From assembly GCA_049599895.1 (NCBI GenBank), contig JBMYPC010000014.1, positions 1 through 34,688 of the forward strand: 34,688 bases of DNA, read 5' to 3'. The notes under the pieces are model-generated. The model was not told the DNA's origin. It saw only the letters and a program-made list of their open reading frames with translations, and searched no databases. Of this stretch, positions 1 to 9,127 are shown piece after piece (position 1 is the first letter of the stretch; each line of letters begins with the position of its first letter). This stretch comes from Bacteriovoracaceae bacterium. GTDB taxonomy: Bacteria; Bdellovibrionota; Bacteriovoracia; Bacteriovoracales; Bacteriovoracaceae. The position numbers were made by a program, and so were the translations under genes.

Positions 1-512
1 GTAAAGCCGCTAAAGAGACCATCAATTTTCTTTCTTCTTAAATCTTTTTCGATAAGTTTCTCGTACTCGTCAGGAGAGTAAGCATTGGCCTTAAGAACAG
101 ACTTGTAGCGATTTAAATCAAATTGCTTGTTCGTTTGAAAGTATTCTTGAGACTTAATTTCTTTTTTAATCTCATCACCAGCAGGAGTTGCACCAAGACT
201 TTCAGAGAGCTCTACAGCGAGTAGTCTCTGAACAAGGTTGTTGAGAGTATTTTCTTTGATTTTAAATTGCTCAATCTGCTTTCGAGTGAGGGCCTTTCCG
301 CCCATAAACTGAGAGTAAAACTGAAGCTGGCGATTATACTCAGTTTGGAATTCTTTCATTCGAATATTTGTGTCACCAACCTTTGCCAATGTATCTGCTG
401 TGGTTTGCATTCCACCAACACCCATATCACCAATCATGAAACTGATGATAATGAGCCCAATAAAAAGTGAAAGAAAAATTACACTACCAGTTTTTCGATT
501 TGGGTTACTCAT
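1..512 (-). CDS. SurA N-terminal domain / PpiD-like periplasmic chaperone (runs off the window edge)
   Basis: Not in the ORF track. Manual translation from ATG at 512 (AGAGG RBS upstream): MSNPNRKTGSVIFLSLFIGLIIISFMIGDMGVGGMQTTADTLAKVGDTNIRMKEFQTEYNRQL...YFQTNKQFDLNRYKSVLKANAYSPDEYE. N-terminal TM anchor plus AKV-G-x-x-I and F-x-x-x-x-x-FD-x-x-x-Y patterns typical of PpiD/SurA_N. Confidence 0.8.
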   Translation of the reverse strand, partial: MSNPNRKTGSVIFLSLFIGLIIISFMIGDMGVGGMQTTADTLAKVGDTNIRMKEFQTEYNRQLQFYSQFMGGKALTRKQIEQFKIKENTLNNLVQRLLAVELSESLGATPAGDEIKKEIKSQEYFQTNKQFDLNRYKSVLKANAYSPDEYEKLIEKDLRRKKIDGLFSGF

Positions 513-705
513 GATCCTCTATATCCTTTTGAGCTTTTAATTTAGGAGCATTGCGTTTAACTACGGGTACTCTCGAGCCAATAACTTGATGTTTGGCTTA
601 ATATTCTAGTCACGATTGGAGAATTTCGCTATCCTTATCTTTAGTAATGTATCTAAAATTTTCGAATAACTTAGTTCGAAATAAGGTTTAAGAGGACAAG
701 TTCCT

Positions 706-1578
706 ATGCGTTTTTTGGAGACAGGGCAGCAAAAATGGAAGTTGGTGGTCAACTTTCTCGTTTTAGTCTTAGCACTTACCAGTATAACTCAGCGTTCCTT
801 AGAAGTTGATCGAGGGTCATTTTTTGAAAGGGTATTAATTGATACTTTTGGTCCGATTCAAAAAATGGTGACGAGTTTTCATCAATCAGTTGGTGATGTG
901 TTCGATCATTATGTGATGAATGTGAATGCGAGTAAAAACAATACTAGGCTTAGCCAAGAAATCGAAAAATTAAATTACCAATTATTTGAACTTGAAGAAA
1001 CTCGAAGAGAAAACGCAAGACTCAAAGATCTTTTGGCCTTTGGTCGTGAAGTTGATGCTAAAAAAGTTTTGGCCCAAGTGGTTTCATGGGATGCCACTAG
1101 CGATCTTAAATCAATTCGAATTAATAAAGGGGCATCTGATGGAGTAAAGCTCCAATCAGTTGTGGTAACGGCCCAGGGTCTAGTGGGTTATATCTATAGA
1201 TTGACCAACCACTTTTCAGATGTTCTTACAATTCTCGATCCCAAAAACCGTGTGGATGGAATCATTGGAAGAATTCGAACGCATGGGATTGTTGAAGGTG
1301 ATTCTGTTGATAGAGCAATTATGAAATACGTTCGAAGAACGGAGGTCATTGAACTTAATGATGATGTCCTTACATCCGGCTTAGGAAACATTTATCCAAA
1401 AGGTGTGAGAATCGGAAAGGTTTCAAAAATTGAAAGAGAAAGTTATGGGGTGGTTCAATATGTTGAGATCGCTCCAAGTGTCGATTTTAGTCGTCTCGAA
1501 GAAGTTGCCGTTTTAGTGCTTGATGATGAAGAGATGAGAAGAAAAGAGTGGCAAGCACTCGATAATGTCGAAGAGTAG
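706..1578 (+). CDS. mreC: Rod shape-determining protein MreC
   Basis: TM segment, coiled coil (ENARLKDLL), INKG, GLVG and TSGLGNIYPKG motifs; operon context. Confidence 0.96.
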   Translation: MRFLETGQQKWKLVVNFLVLVLALTSITQRSLEVDRGSFFERVLIDTFGPIQKMVTSFHQSVGDVFDHYVMNVNASKNNTRLSQEIEKLNYQLFELEETRRENARLKDLLAFGREVDAKKVLAQVVSWDATSDLKSIRINKGASDGVKLQSVVVTAQGLVGYIYRLTNHFSDVLTILDPKNRVDGIIGRIRTHGIVEGDSVDRAIMKYVRRTEVIELNDDVLTSGLGNIYPKGVRIGKVSKIERESYGVVQYVEIAPSVDFSRLEEVAVLVLDDEEMRRKEWQALDNVEE

Positions 1579-2118
1579 GTGGGCATGAATTGGTATTTAA
1601 AAAGAGACGTTGTTCCACTATTGTTATGTACGATTGTGATGATTCTGTTTGAAATTTTCTCAACGGCTTTTATGCCTCTTTTAGGAATAGAAAACTATCG
1701 AATCCCCTTTCATATTCTTGTGGTTCTTTATTTAGGTTTTAAACTCGAGACACCACTTCTTGCGGTTTATATTTTTTCTATTCAATTTGTTCATTCTTTC
1801 TTCACTATTGAGGGTTGGGAAATGGGAACAATTGCTGGAATCATTACCTGCACAACAATTTCTTATCTTCGAGACCTTATTCATCTTTCCAGTGGTGCAT
1901 TGACAATGCTTATGACCCAAGTTTTTCAGATTCTTTGGTTTGTCATTATCTCGATTTTTCTTTTTATAAAGCTTGATAGCTCTGCTTATATCGTCAATAA
2001 GTTTTGGCGCTTCATTCCTGAGAGTTTATTTTTATCTCTTTTAGCTCCTGTGGTTTTCTCTGTGTTTGATCGTCTATGGAAAGGTGGAGAAAACTCTGCC
2101 ATTGGAGATAACGTTTAG
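1579..2118 (+). CDS. mreD: MreD-like membrane protein (start GTG 1579 or ATG 1585)
   Basis: Hydrophobic 179-aa protein between mreC and mrdA. Confidence 0.8.
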   Translation: MGMNWYLKRDVVPLLLCTIVMILFEIFSTAFMPLLGIENYRIPFHILVVLYLGFKLETPLLAVYIFSIQFVHSFFTIEGWEMGTIAGIITCTTISYLRDLIHLSSGALTMLMTQVFQILWFVIISIFLFIKLDSSAYIVNKFWRFIPESLFLSLLAPVVFSVFDRLWKGGENSAIGDNV

Positions 2119-4139
2119 TGTTTTCTGAAGAAGACGTCGTTCGCTCACATAAGAGACGACTCGATGCCATTTTGAACATCGTTATTTTAAGCTTTGTGAT
2201 TGTCTTGGCTCAGCTTTGGTATCTTCAAATCTATAGAGGAGAGGAGTTCTATCAATACTCTTTAAGAAACCGTCTTCGAAAAGAAGTTGTGAAAGCTCCA
2301 AGAGGGATGATCTTTAGTCGAAACAATGAACTTATGGTTCACAATATTCCTCGTTTTGATGCTGTTGTGACTCCTCAGTATCTTAAAAATAAAAATGAAA
2401 CTCTTAATAAGCTTTCTCAAATTCTTGAAATGGAGAGAAAGGCCATTGATCGAATCATTTCAAAAAATAGAGGACAAGCTTCTTATCGCCCTATTGTGAT
2501 TAAGAAAAATCTCTCTTTAAAAGAAGTTGCCGTTATTGAAACTGAGAACTCGAAAGTTCCTGGAGTCTCAGTCCAGACTTTTATAAGCCGTGAATATAAA
2601 GATAGAGAAGTGGGTGGTCATCTTTTTGGCTACATCGGAGAGATTACAAAAAGAGAGCTTCCAAAGTACCGCGAAAGAGATAAGAAAAATTATTCCCAAG
2701 GAGACTTCATTGGAAAGGCCGGAATTGAACAAGAGTTTGATAACTATCTGAGAGGTGAAGATGGCTTTCAGTTTATGGAGGTCGATGCCCGTGGGAGAAT
2801 GAGGCGAGTTGTTCGTTCGAACAATCTTTTTGCCGGAATTGAAAATAAAGAGTCTGTGCCGGGTAACAATATTCGACTGACCATTGATCGAGATATGCAA
2901 TTGACTGCCTATAAAGCCTTAGAAGGTAAGGTTGGAAGTGTTGTGGCCGTTGATGTTGAAACAGGAGAAATCCTGACGATGGTTTCAAGACCTTCATTTG
3001 ATCCCACAAAGTTTTCAAAAGGTTTAACTCCTGAGTATTGGTCATCTCTCGTTAATAATGAGAATAATCCCTTAAGAGACCGATCGATCCAAGAGCATTA
3101 TTCTCCAGGGTCAACCTTTAAAACGATTTCAGCAATTGCAGCACTTGAAGAAAATATTGTAACGCCTAATCAGATAATTCAATGTGGTCCAACTTTTCGT
3201 TTAGGGAGAAGGGTCTATCATGATTGGAAGCGAAGCGGTCATGGCCCTACAGATGTTTATAAGTCACTCAAGCAATCAGTTGATGTTTATTATTATAAGA
3301 TAGCGACTCAACTTGATATTGATGTTTTATCAAGCTATGCCAAGCGTTTTGGTCTTGGTCAGAAAACAGGAATTCGACTTCCTCGAGAAATTACAGGTCT
3401 CATGCCTACTAGGGAATGGAAGAAAAAAAGAAATGGTGAAGACTGGCAAAAAGGGGAAACCGTTTCTTGTATTATTGGTCAATCTTATGTTCTTGCGACT
3501 CCTCTGCAACTGGCCATGGCCTACGCTGCAATTGCCAATGGGGGAAAAGTTTTAAGACCCAATATCATTCGAGAGGTTTTTTCAAACTCTGGAGAGATTA
3601 TCAAAAAATCTGAACCAGAGGTTGTCTCTGAGGCAAACATCTCAAAAGAAACTCTAGCCGCTGTTTCCGAAGGACTTAACCAAGTTGTGAATGCCAAAGG
3701 GGGAACAGCTTGGTGGTATCGAGGTGAGGGGATTCGAATGGTTGGAAAAACTGGGACCTCTCAGGTTCGAAGTATGACTTCAAAAGAGCTTTTTTCAAAA
3801 TGTAAGGATATGCCTTACCGAAGTCGTCACCATGGACTTTTTGTGGGTTATGCTCCTTATAAGAATCCAAGAATTGCTGTCGCAGCTGTGGTTGAACATG
3901 GTTGTAGTGGTTCATCTGCTGCCGCTCCTGTAGCCCGTGATGTCGTGACGACTTATATGAAAAAGTACGAAAAAGAGCGTCACGAAAAATATGCTCTTGA
4001 AGATAAAGAAAAAAATAAAAAGATTTGGCTTCAAATGAAAAAAGCACGTGAGGCCAAAAAGAAAAAAGAACAACAAAAGCGAGAGCAAGAAGATCAGCGC
4101 TTGAATGAAGAAGCACAAGATCTAAGCGGGCAAACATGA
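2118..4139 (+). CDS. mrdA: Penicillin-binding protein 2
   Basis: APRG dimerisation motif, STFK (SxxK), SVD (SxN variant) and KTGT motifs; charged C-terminal tail. Confidence 0.97.
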   Translation: MFSEEDVVRSHKRRLDAILNIVILSFVIVLAQLWYLQIYRGEEFYQYSLRNRLRKEVVKAPRGMIFSRNNELMVHNIPRFDAVVTPQYLKNKNETLNKLSQILEMERKAIDRIISKNRGQASYRPIVIKKNLSLKEVAVIETENSKVPGVSVQTFISREYKDREVGGHLFGYIGEITKRELPKYRERDKKNYSQGDFIGKAGIEQEFDNYLRGEDGFQFMEVDARGRMRRVVRSNNLFAGIENKESVPGNNIRLTIDRDMQLTAYKALEGKVGSVVAVDVETGEILTMVSRPSFDPTKFSKGLTPEYWSSLVNNENNPLRDRSIQEHYSPGSTFKTISAIAALEENIVTPNQIIQCGPTFRLGRRVYHDWKRSGHGPTDVYKSLKQSVDVYYYKIATQLDIDVLSSYAKRFGLGQKTGIRLPREITGLMPTREWKKKRNGEDWQKGETVSCIIGQSYVLATPLQLAMAYAAIANGGKVLRPNIIREVFSNSGEIIKKSEPEVVSEANISKETLAAVSEGLNQVVNAKGGTAWWYRGEGIRMVGKTGTSQVRSMTSKELFSKCKDMPYRSRHHGLFVGYAPYKNPRIAVAAVVEHGCSGSSAAAPVARDVVTTYMKKYEKERHEKYALEDKEKNKKIWLQMKKAREAKKKKEQQKREQEDQRLNEEAQDLSGQT

Positions 4140-5254
4140 GAATTAAGGCATCAAGCTTAATCGATACTTTAAAAAAGTACGACTACAGTTTTTTTGGAAT
4201 TTCTATTGCGATTTTCATTATGGGTGTGATCAACCTCCATTCGGCGACCCACGCATCAACCTCTCAGCGTATGGCCAATCTCTATTTAAGCCAAATTGGT
4301 TGGTTCTCGATAAGTCTTTTTGCAGGAATCATCCTGAGTTTCATTCACCCAAAAAACTTTTTTAGATTTTCTTGGGCGATTTACGCTTTCAATATTCTCT
4401 TGTTGGTTCTTGTTTTGATTCTCGGTGATAAAGGGATGGGGGCACAAAGATGGCTTGTGATTGGACCTGTTCGAATTCAGCCTTCAGAGTTAACCAAAGT
4501 CTGTGTGATTCTCGCTCTTGCAAGATACTTTGCCAAACATGAAGCCGAGAGGGCGTTGGGCTTATTTCAATTAATAAAACCTTTCATCATCGCCATTATT
4601 CCAGCAGTTCTCATCATTGTTGAACCTGATCTTGGGACAGGGCTTTTAGTTCTCTTAATTTTCTTTTTTATCGCCTTCTATAGAAAGCTTCGCTGGAAAA
4701 CCATTGGTGTCTTAATGATCTTAGGGGTGATTAGCGGTATAGGAATGTATAATTTTGGTCTTAAGGAATATCAAAAAAGAAGAGTTGAAAGTTTCTTTAA
4801 CCCTGGACAAGATCTCCGAGGATCCGACTATAACCGGAATCAATCAAGAATTGCCATTGGATCAGGAAAATTTAGAGGAAAGGGATTTAAGAAGTCTTCA
4901 CAAGCTTCACTTAACTTTCTTCCTGAAAACCACACCGACTTTGTCTTTTCCATCTTTAACGAAGAGCATGGGTTTATCGGCTCGCTTTTTCTTCTTGGCC
5001 TTTATTTAGTTCTCTTTATACGATTCATCGTTTTGGCGGGCACTGTGAACCGGATGTTTGAAAGCATTGTGGTGGTGGGCCTACTTTCGGTCTTTTTCTG
5101 GCATACGATAATCAATATGGGGATGGTCATGGGAATGCTTCCCGTTGTGGGCCTTCCCTTGCCCTTAATGTCCTATGGGGGTTCCAGCCTTTTAACTTTT
5201 GGAATCATCTGTGGGATTGCAACTTCCATAAGTAATTACCGAAACTTCTTCTAA
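4136..5254 (+). CDS. rodA: Rod shape-determining protein RodA (SEDS family)
   Basis: GAQRW, IQPSE, PDLGT, LPENHTDF and SYGGSS motifs. Confidence 0.97.
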   Translation: MRIKASSLIDTLKKYDYSFFGISIAIFIMGVINLHSATHASTSQRMANLYLSQIGWFSISLFAGIILSFIHPKNFFRFSWAIYAFNILLLVLVLILGDKGMGAQRWLVIGPVRIQPSELTKVCVILALARYFAKHEAERALGLFQLIKPFIIAIIPAVLIIVEPDLGTGLLVLLIFFFIAFYRKLRWKTIGVLMILGVISGIGMYNFGLKEYQKRRVESFFNPGQDLRGSDYNRNQSRIAIGSGKFRGKGFKKSSQASLNFLPENHTDFVFSIFNEEHGFIGSLFLLGLYLVLFIRFIVLAGTVNRMFESIVVVGLLSVFFWHTIINMGMVMGMLPVVGLPLPLMSYGGSSLLTFGIICGIATSISNYRNFF

Positions 5255-5379
5255 CTGCTTGATATTAAAGAAGTGTTGGATTCTTAACAGGGCTATATCT
5301 TTTATAGCTTTTACCCTTTCAAAATCTATTTTTGCTAAGATTGAAGGGCTATCAACTGAATTTTTTGTTTAGGATTTTT

Positions 5380-6003
5380 ATGAAGCCCTTACTGTTTCTT
5401 CTTTGTTTTATCTTTAGCTCTACTGTTTTTTCCGAGACCAAGCTCGTTTTTGACGATAGAACTCAAGACCCATTTTTTAATCCTGAAGCAGTTATTAATG
5501 ATCAATTCAGAGACACATTTGTTAATGCTCTTGTTCAAAGTCAAGAAGAGCAGCTTGAATCTAATGCAAATTCATTTGGTATGGTTGTTTCATTCAATGC
5601 GAGGTTACCGATTAGCTCATTGAGATATGTTAATCTCACTCAAATGGAGAGATACCTTAACTATCGGTTTAAAAAAATCTCTGCTGATCAGGCAAGTAAT
5701 GGCGATATTGTGGTCTATACAGCAAAAAAGAAAGCAGTGGATGTCTTTGAAAGTCACGGAAGAGCAAGAAAAGAGGTTCGTCCTTATCAGGCAGTTGTCC
5801 ATACTGCTGTCTTAGTCGACTCTCAAAAAGGAATAATCTTTCAAAAAGATTCATCATCTGATGATTCTGTTTATTATTTCTCATCGATTGCTGATGAAAT
5901 TGAAACTCAAGAGTCTCTTAACACAAATCCTGGTGTTGATTGGGTTGTTCCTAATGGAATAACTGTTCAGTACTACCGAGATCAGCATCCTAATAGAAGA
6001 TAG
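5380..6003 (+). CDS. Secreted hypothetical protein, possibly papain/NlpC-P60-like fold
   Basis: ATG 5380 follows AGGA; signal-peptide-like N-terminus; GDIVVY...HTAV...IFQK pattern; stop lies 5 nt before the next gene. Confidence 0.6.
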   Translation: MKPLLFLLCFIFSSTVFSETKLVFDDRTQDPFFNPEAVINDQFRDTFVNALVQSQEEQLESNANSFGMVVSFNARLPISSLRYVNLTQMERYLNYRFKKISADQASNGDIVVYTAKKKAVDVFESHGRARKEVRPYQAVVHTAVLVDSQKGIIFQKDSSSDDSVYYFSSIADEIETQESLNTNPGVDWVVPNGITVQYYRDQHPNRR

Positions 6004-6008
6004 TTAAG

Positions 6009-7355
6009 ATGAGCAAAGATTTCCTAATTATTGAAGATGACGAACTATCGAGAGTGACTCTCGTCACCAAACTTTCAAATTATGGAAGCGTCCTTGAGGC
6101 CAAAGATTTAAAATCAGCTTTAGAATGTGCAAAAGACTTCAATGGCAAAATTGCCTTTGTGGATCTTGACCTTGATTCACCACTGGCGGGTTTAGAGCTT
6201 ATCGCTCCTTTAAAGAAAGCTGGAGCCTACGTCGTCGTTTTAAGTGGAAGAGAAGATGATGATTCAGTTCTTTCTGCTTACGAGCGAGGCTGTAATGATT
6301 TTATCGCTAAGCCTTTTTCCCCAATGGCCTTAAGCCTTGTTCTTCAAAAGTTTAATATTGGCCAAAAGTCTTCTGAGCTTGAAAAGTTCTTTAAGGAGAA
6401 CTTTTTAACTATGGATCAGGACTTAATTCTTCAAATCTCAAAACTTAAAGAAACTCTTTATGCCAATCGCCCAATATTAATCCAAGGTGAAACGGGGACA
6501 GGGAAAAGTCTTCTGGCAAAACTGATTCATGACTTCTTTTTAGAGAAGAAAGGACCATTTGTTCACTTGAATGTCTCAGAGATCCCAGAGAATTTGATTG
6601 AATCAGAACTTTTTGGTCATAAAAAAGGCGCTTTTACTGGGGCGACCAACGATAAGCTTGGAAAGTTTAAACTTGCTGATGGTGGAGTTCTTTTTCTTGA
6701 TGAAATAGGAACTCTTTCAAAGACCATGCAAAATAAGCTTTTAAGAGTCATTGAAGAGAAATCTTTTTATCCTGTTGGCAGTGATCAATTGGAAAGCAGT
6801 GACTTTCGACTCTTAAGTGCGACATGTGAACCTCTTCAAAGTTATATTACAGAGGGAACGTTTCGAGAGGATCTCTATTTTAGGCTTTCAGGGCAGCTCA
6901 TAACGATTAAGTCATTAAGAGAGCGGTCTTTAGATATTGAAAAACTCATCCAGCATTTTCTCAAAGCAGGAAAGAGACGAGTGGTCTTTGAGAAGACTAC
7001 AAAAGATGCTCTTTTTTCTCATGATTGGCCTGGAAATGTAAGAGAGCTAGAGAATCTCATTCGTCTTCTTCAAACGAAGTCTGAGGGGATTATAAAGTTA
7101 GAGGATCTCCCTTTCACGGCAAAAGCTTCAAAAGCGAAACAGATCGTTATGGAGAGTCAACCTGATGTTGATCTTGTTAAGGAAGTGGGTCTTAAGGCCT
7201 ATATCGAATCAATTGAGGACCAGGTCGTAAAATCCATTTATGAATTAAATGAAAAAAAGGTCAGAAAAACTTTGGATGATCTTAAAATCTCATCCAATGC
7301 CTTTTATCGAGTAATGAAAAGAGTCGACGATCAAACAAAGGAAATCACTTCATGA
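6009..7355 (+). CDS. Sigma-54-dependent response regulator (NtrC/LuxO-type: REC-AAA+-HTH)
   Basis: REC (IIEDD, FVDLDL, LSG, FIAKP); Walker A GETGTGKS, ESELFGHKKGAFTGA, LFLDEIG, FREDLYFRL, WPGNVREL; C-terminal HTH. Confidence 0.95.
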   Translation: MSKDFLIIEDDELSRVTLVTKLSNYGSVLEAKDLKSALECAKDFNGKIAFVDLDLDSPLAGLELIAPLKKAGAYVVVLSGREDDDSVLSAYERGCNDFIAKPFSPMALSLVLQKFNIGQKSSELEKFFKENFLTMDQDLILQISKLKETLYANRPILIQGETGTGKSLLAKLIHDFFLEKKGPFVHLNVSEIPENLIESELFGHKKGAFTGATNDKLGKFKLADGGVLFLDEIGTLSKTMQNKLLRVIEEKSFYPVGSDQLESSDFRLLSATCEPLQSYITEGTFREDLYFRLSGQLITIKSLRERSLDIEKLIQHFLKAGKRRVVFEKTTKDALFSHDWPGNVRELENLIRLLQTKSEGIIKLEDLPFTAKASKAKQIVMESQPDVDLVKEVGLKAYIESIEDQVVKSIYELNEKKVRKTLDDLKISSNAFYRVMKRVDDQTKEITS

Positions 7356-7573
7356 GTTCAAACACAGACGAGATTAATTCAGAGGTTCTTTCCACTATTA
7401 TCCACGACATGAACTCAGGACTTTCGTCTTTGTCCCAGGCCATTGAGATTGTGAAAGAGAATATTGACTCTGATCCAGAGCTTTGTAAGCAACTCCTTAA
7501 TCTCATGCACGATAAGTCTCATAAGGTGATGGACACTTGGAATTCAGCGAAGGGTCTTCTGCAAAAGCATTAA
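7352..7573 (+). CDS. Stand-alone HisKA/DHp-like small protein (putative phosphotransfer protein)
   Basis: ATGA overlap with the regulator; H-box-like LSTIIHDMNSGLSSL followed by a second helix; no ATPase domain. Confidence 0.75.
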   Translation: MSSNTDEINSEVLSTIIHDMNSGLSSLSQAIEIVKENIDSDPELCKQLLNLMHDKSHKVMDTWNSAKGLLQKH

Positions 7574-7584
7574 GATTTCTTAAA

Positions 7585-7617
7585 CTGAAACAGCCGTTCA
7601 ATTTTGAAACAAACATT
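7585..7617. promoter_or_regulatory. Putative activator-binding sites (TGAAACA x2) upstream of sigma-54 promoter P1
   Basis: ctgaaacagccgttcaattttgaaacaaacatt; the same motif recurs upstream of P2. Confidence 0.5.
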
Positions 7618-7652
7618 TATAGCTAATTTCAAGCTTTTAGCCCTGAAAAAAT

Positions 7653-7668
7653 TGGTACGTGTCTTGCT
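7653..7668 (+). promoter_or_regulatory. Sigma-54 (-24/-12) promoter P1
   Basis: TGGTAC-GTGTC-TTGCT versus consensus TGGCAC-N5-TTGCW; GG at 7654-55 and GC at 7666-67 (GG-N10-GC). Confidence 0.8.
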
Positions 7669-7679
7669 CATGTCTCTTT

Positions 7680-7820
7680 ATGACATAACGGAAGTCATTT
7701 CGAAGGGCGCCTCAAACAACCCCCATAACAAAAAGCTTGGGGCGTCCTTTGAAGAACTTTTAGTCACTAAATTTATTTTAGGAGAATTTACAATTTTCAG
7801 GCAGCAAATCCTGAAATTCG
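7680..7820 (+). ncRNA. Putative sigma-54-driven structured sRNA or 5' leader
   Basis: Starts at the predicted +1 of P1; hairpins ATGAC/GTCAT, a 17-bp stem 7699-7715/7737-7753 with three G-U pairs, and TTTCAGG/CCTGAAA at about 7795-7816. Confidence 0.55.
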
Positions 7821-7855
7821 ATAGATTAATATTGGTTCAACCACCGGAGACAACT

Positions 7856-8113
7856 ATGCTTAGATTAATTGATGTATCTTCATTTTTAGATTTTATTTTG
7901 GATTCAAAGAAAAAAGAATCTCTCAAAAAGGAAGTCGCTGTAGAGAAGGAAGCCGTAAAAAAAGTTGAAAGCAAGAAAAGTGAAAGGTATTTCTGTCCCA
8001 CTTCAAATGCGATGGCCTTTTATGAGGGTTGTTTCATTGGAAGTTCTGATCTAAGAGAGGGATTCTCTGAGTTTGATCGCAGAATGGACTTTAACCACCA
8101 AGAGGGGCGATAG
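7856..8113 (+). CDS. Hypothetical 85-aa protein
   Basis: GGAGA RBS before ATG 7856; C-terminal part of track ORF 7604..8113, whose 5' half overlaps promoter P1. Confidence 0.55.
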   Translation: MLRLIDVSSFLDFILDSKKKESLKKEVAVEKEAVKKVESKKSERYFCPTSNAMAFYEGCFIGSSDLREGFSEFDRRMDFNHQEGR

Positions 8114-8170
8114 TCGGCCGTATACGCAACGCTCCTGGATGTCTCTATAAATCTCAAATAGAATACTTTT

Positions 8171-9040
8171 ATGTTTAAAAAAGTCGCAATTGTGGGCGGT
8201 ACCCACGGAAATGAATATACCGGAGTCTATCTTGTTAAGCATCTCGAGAAACATCCTGAGAAGCTTAATAAGTTTTCCTATGAAATCCAAACCTATATTG
8301 GAAACCCAGAAGCTTACAAAGCGAATAAAAGGTTCTTAGAAGAAGATCTCAATCGGTCTTTTGTGGATAAGAACTTAAAGGATCAACCAGAGAGTCTTGA
8401 GGGCAAGCGCGCCCGAGAAATGCAAGAGATTCTAAGGGATAAGGAAGCCGTGGACTTTCTTATTGATCTTCATACAACAACTTCAAACATGGGAAAGACA
8501 GTGGTTCTTTCAAAGACGGATGTTCTGACTCATGCCTGTTGCCAATATTTAAGCGAAAAGATGCCAGATATTAAGATTATTGATGATGAGCGGGTCAATG
8601 AGGAGTCTTATTTTGTGAATAAGATTGCCCCTGCTGGAATTTTGATTGAGGTTGGGCCAACTCCCCAGGGTGTGTTAAGAGCTGATGCTTATAATGGAAC
8701 AAGCGAGATCCTTGATCATATTCTAGATTTCCTTGAGCTTGTTAAAATTGGAAAGCTTGAGCTTAAGGAATCGATTTGCGAATATGATTTTGAGCGCTAC
8801 AAAGAGCTCGAGACAATTGAATATCCTGTGGATGAAAACGGTGAGCTTGCGGGTATCATCCATTCTGAGCTCCAAGATAAGGACTTCGAACTCATTAAAT
8901 CTGGAGATCCTCTGTTTCAGCTTTTTAGTGGAGAAGTTATTCGCTATGATGGTGAGCCTTTCTACCCAATATTCGTAAACGAGGGTGCCTACTATCCAAA
9001 GAAGCTTGCCTTCACCAAGACCATAATCAAAAAAGACTAA
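8171..9040 (+). CDS. Aspartoacylase (AstE/AspA family Zn deacylase)
   Basis: GGTHGNE, DLNRSF, DLHTTTSNMG, IEVGP and FVNEGAYY motifs. Confidence 0.92.
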   Translation: MFKKVAIVGGTHGNEYTGVYLVKHLEKHPEKLNKFSYEIQTYIGNPEAYKANKRFLEEDLNRSFVDKNLKDQPESLEGKRAREMQEILRDKEAVDFLIDLHTTTSNMGKTVVLSKTDVLTHACCQYLSEKMPDIKIIDDERVNEESYFVNKIAPAGILIEVGPTPQGVLRADAYNGTSEILDHILDFLELVKIGKLELKESICEYDFERYKELETIEYPVDENGELAGIIHSELQDKDFELIKSGDPLFQLFSGEVIRYDGEPFYPIFVNEGAYYPKKLAFTKTIIKKD

Positions 9041-9049
9041 TTTTCACTT

Positions 9050-9075
9050 CTGAAACAACATTTGAAACAACATTC
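9050..9075. promoter_or_regulatory. Tandem repeat TGAAACAACATT x2, putative activator sites upstream of P2
   Basis: ctgaaacaacatttgaaacaacattc; matches the motif upstream of P1. Confidence 0.5.
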
Positions 9076-9127
9076 TCCTTCAAAAACGAAAAAGTCTCGT
9101 AACTATTCAATTTCCTGTCCTCAAACT

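Noticed and set aside
267..470. 67-aa plus-strand ORF
   Set aside because: Antisense shadow of the PpiD/SurA-like gene.
513..705. No mreB upstream of mreC
   Set aside because: mreB is unlinked from mreCD in various bacteria; nothing here suggests loss or disruption.
3676..4137. Antisense ORFs over the mrdA tail and other short nested ORFs in the track
   Set aside because: Shadows of well-supported genes, caused by low-complexity or biased codon usage.
7604..7855. N-terminal half of the 169-aa track ORF
   Set aside because: TTG start with no RBS; overlaps the sigma-54 promoter and RNA hairpins; ATG 7856 has a good RBS.
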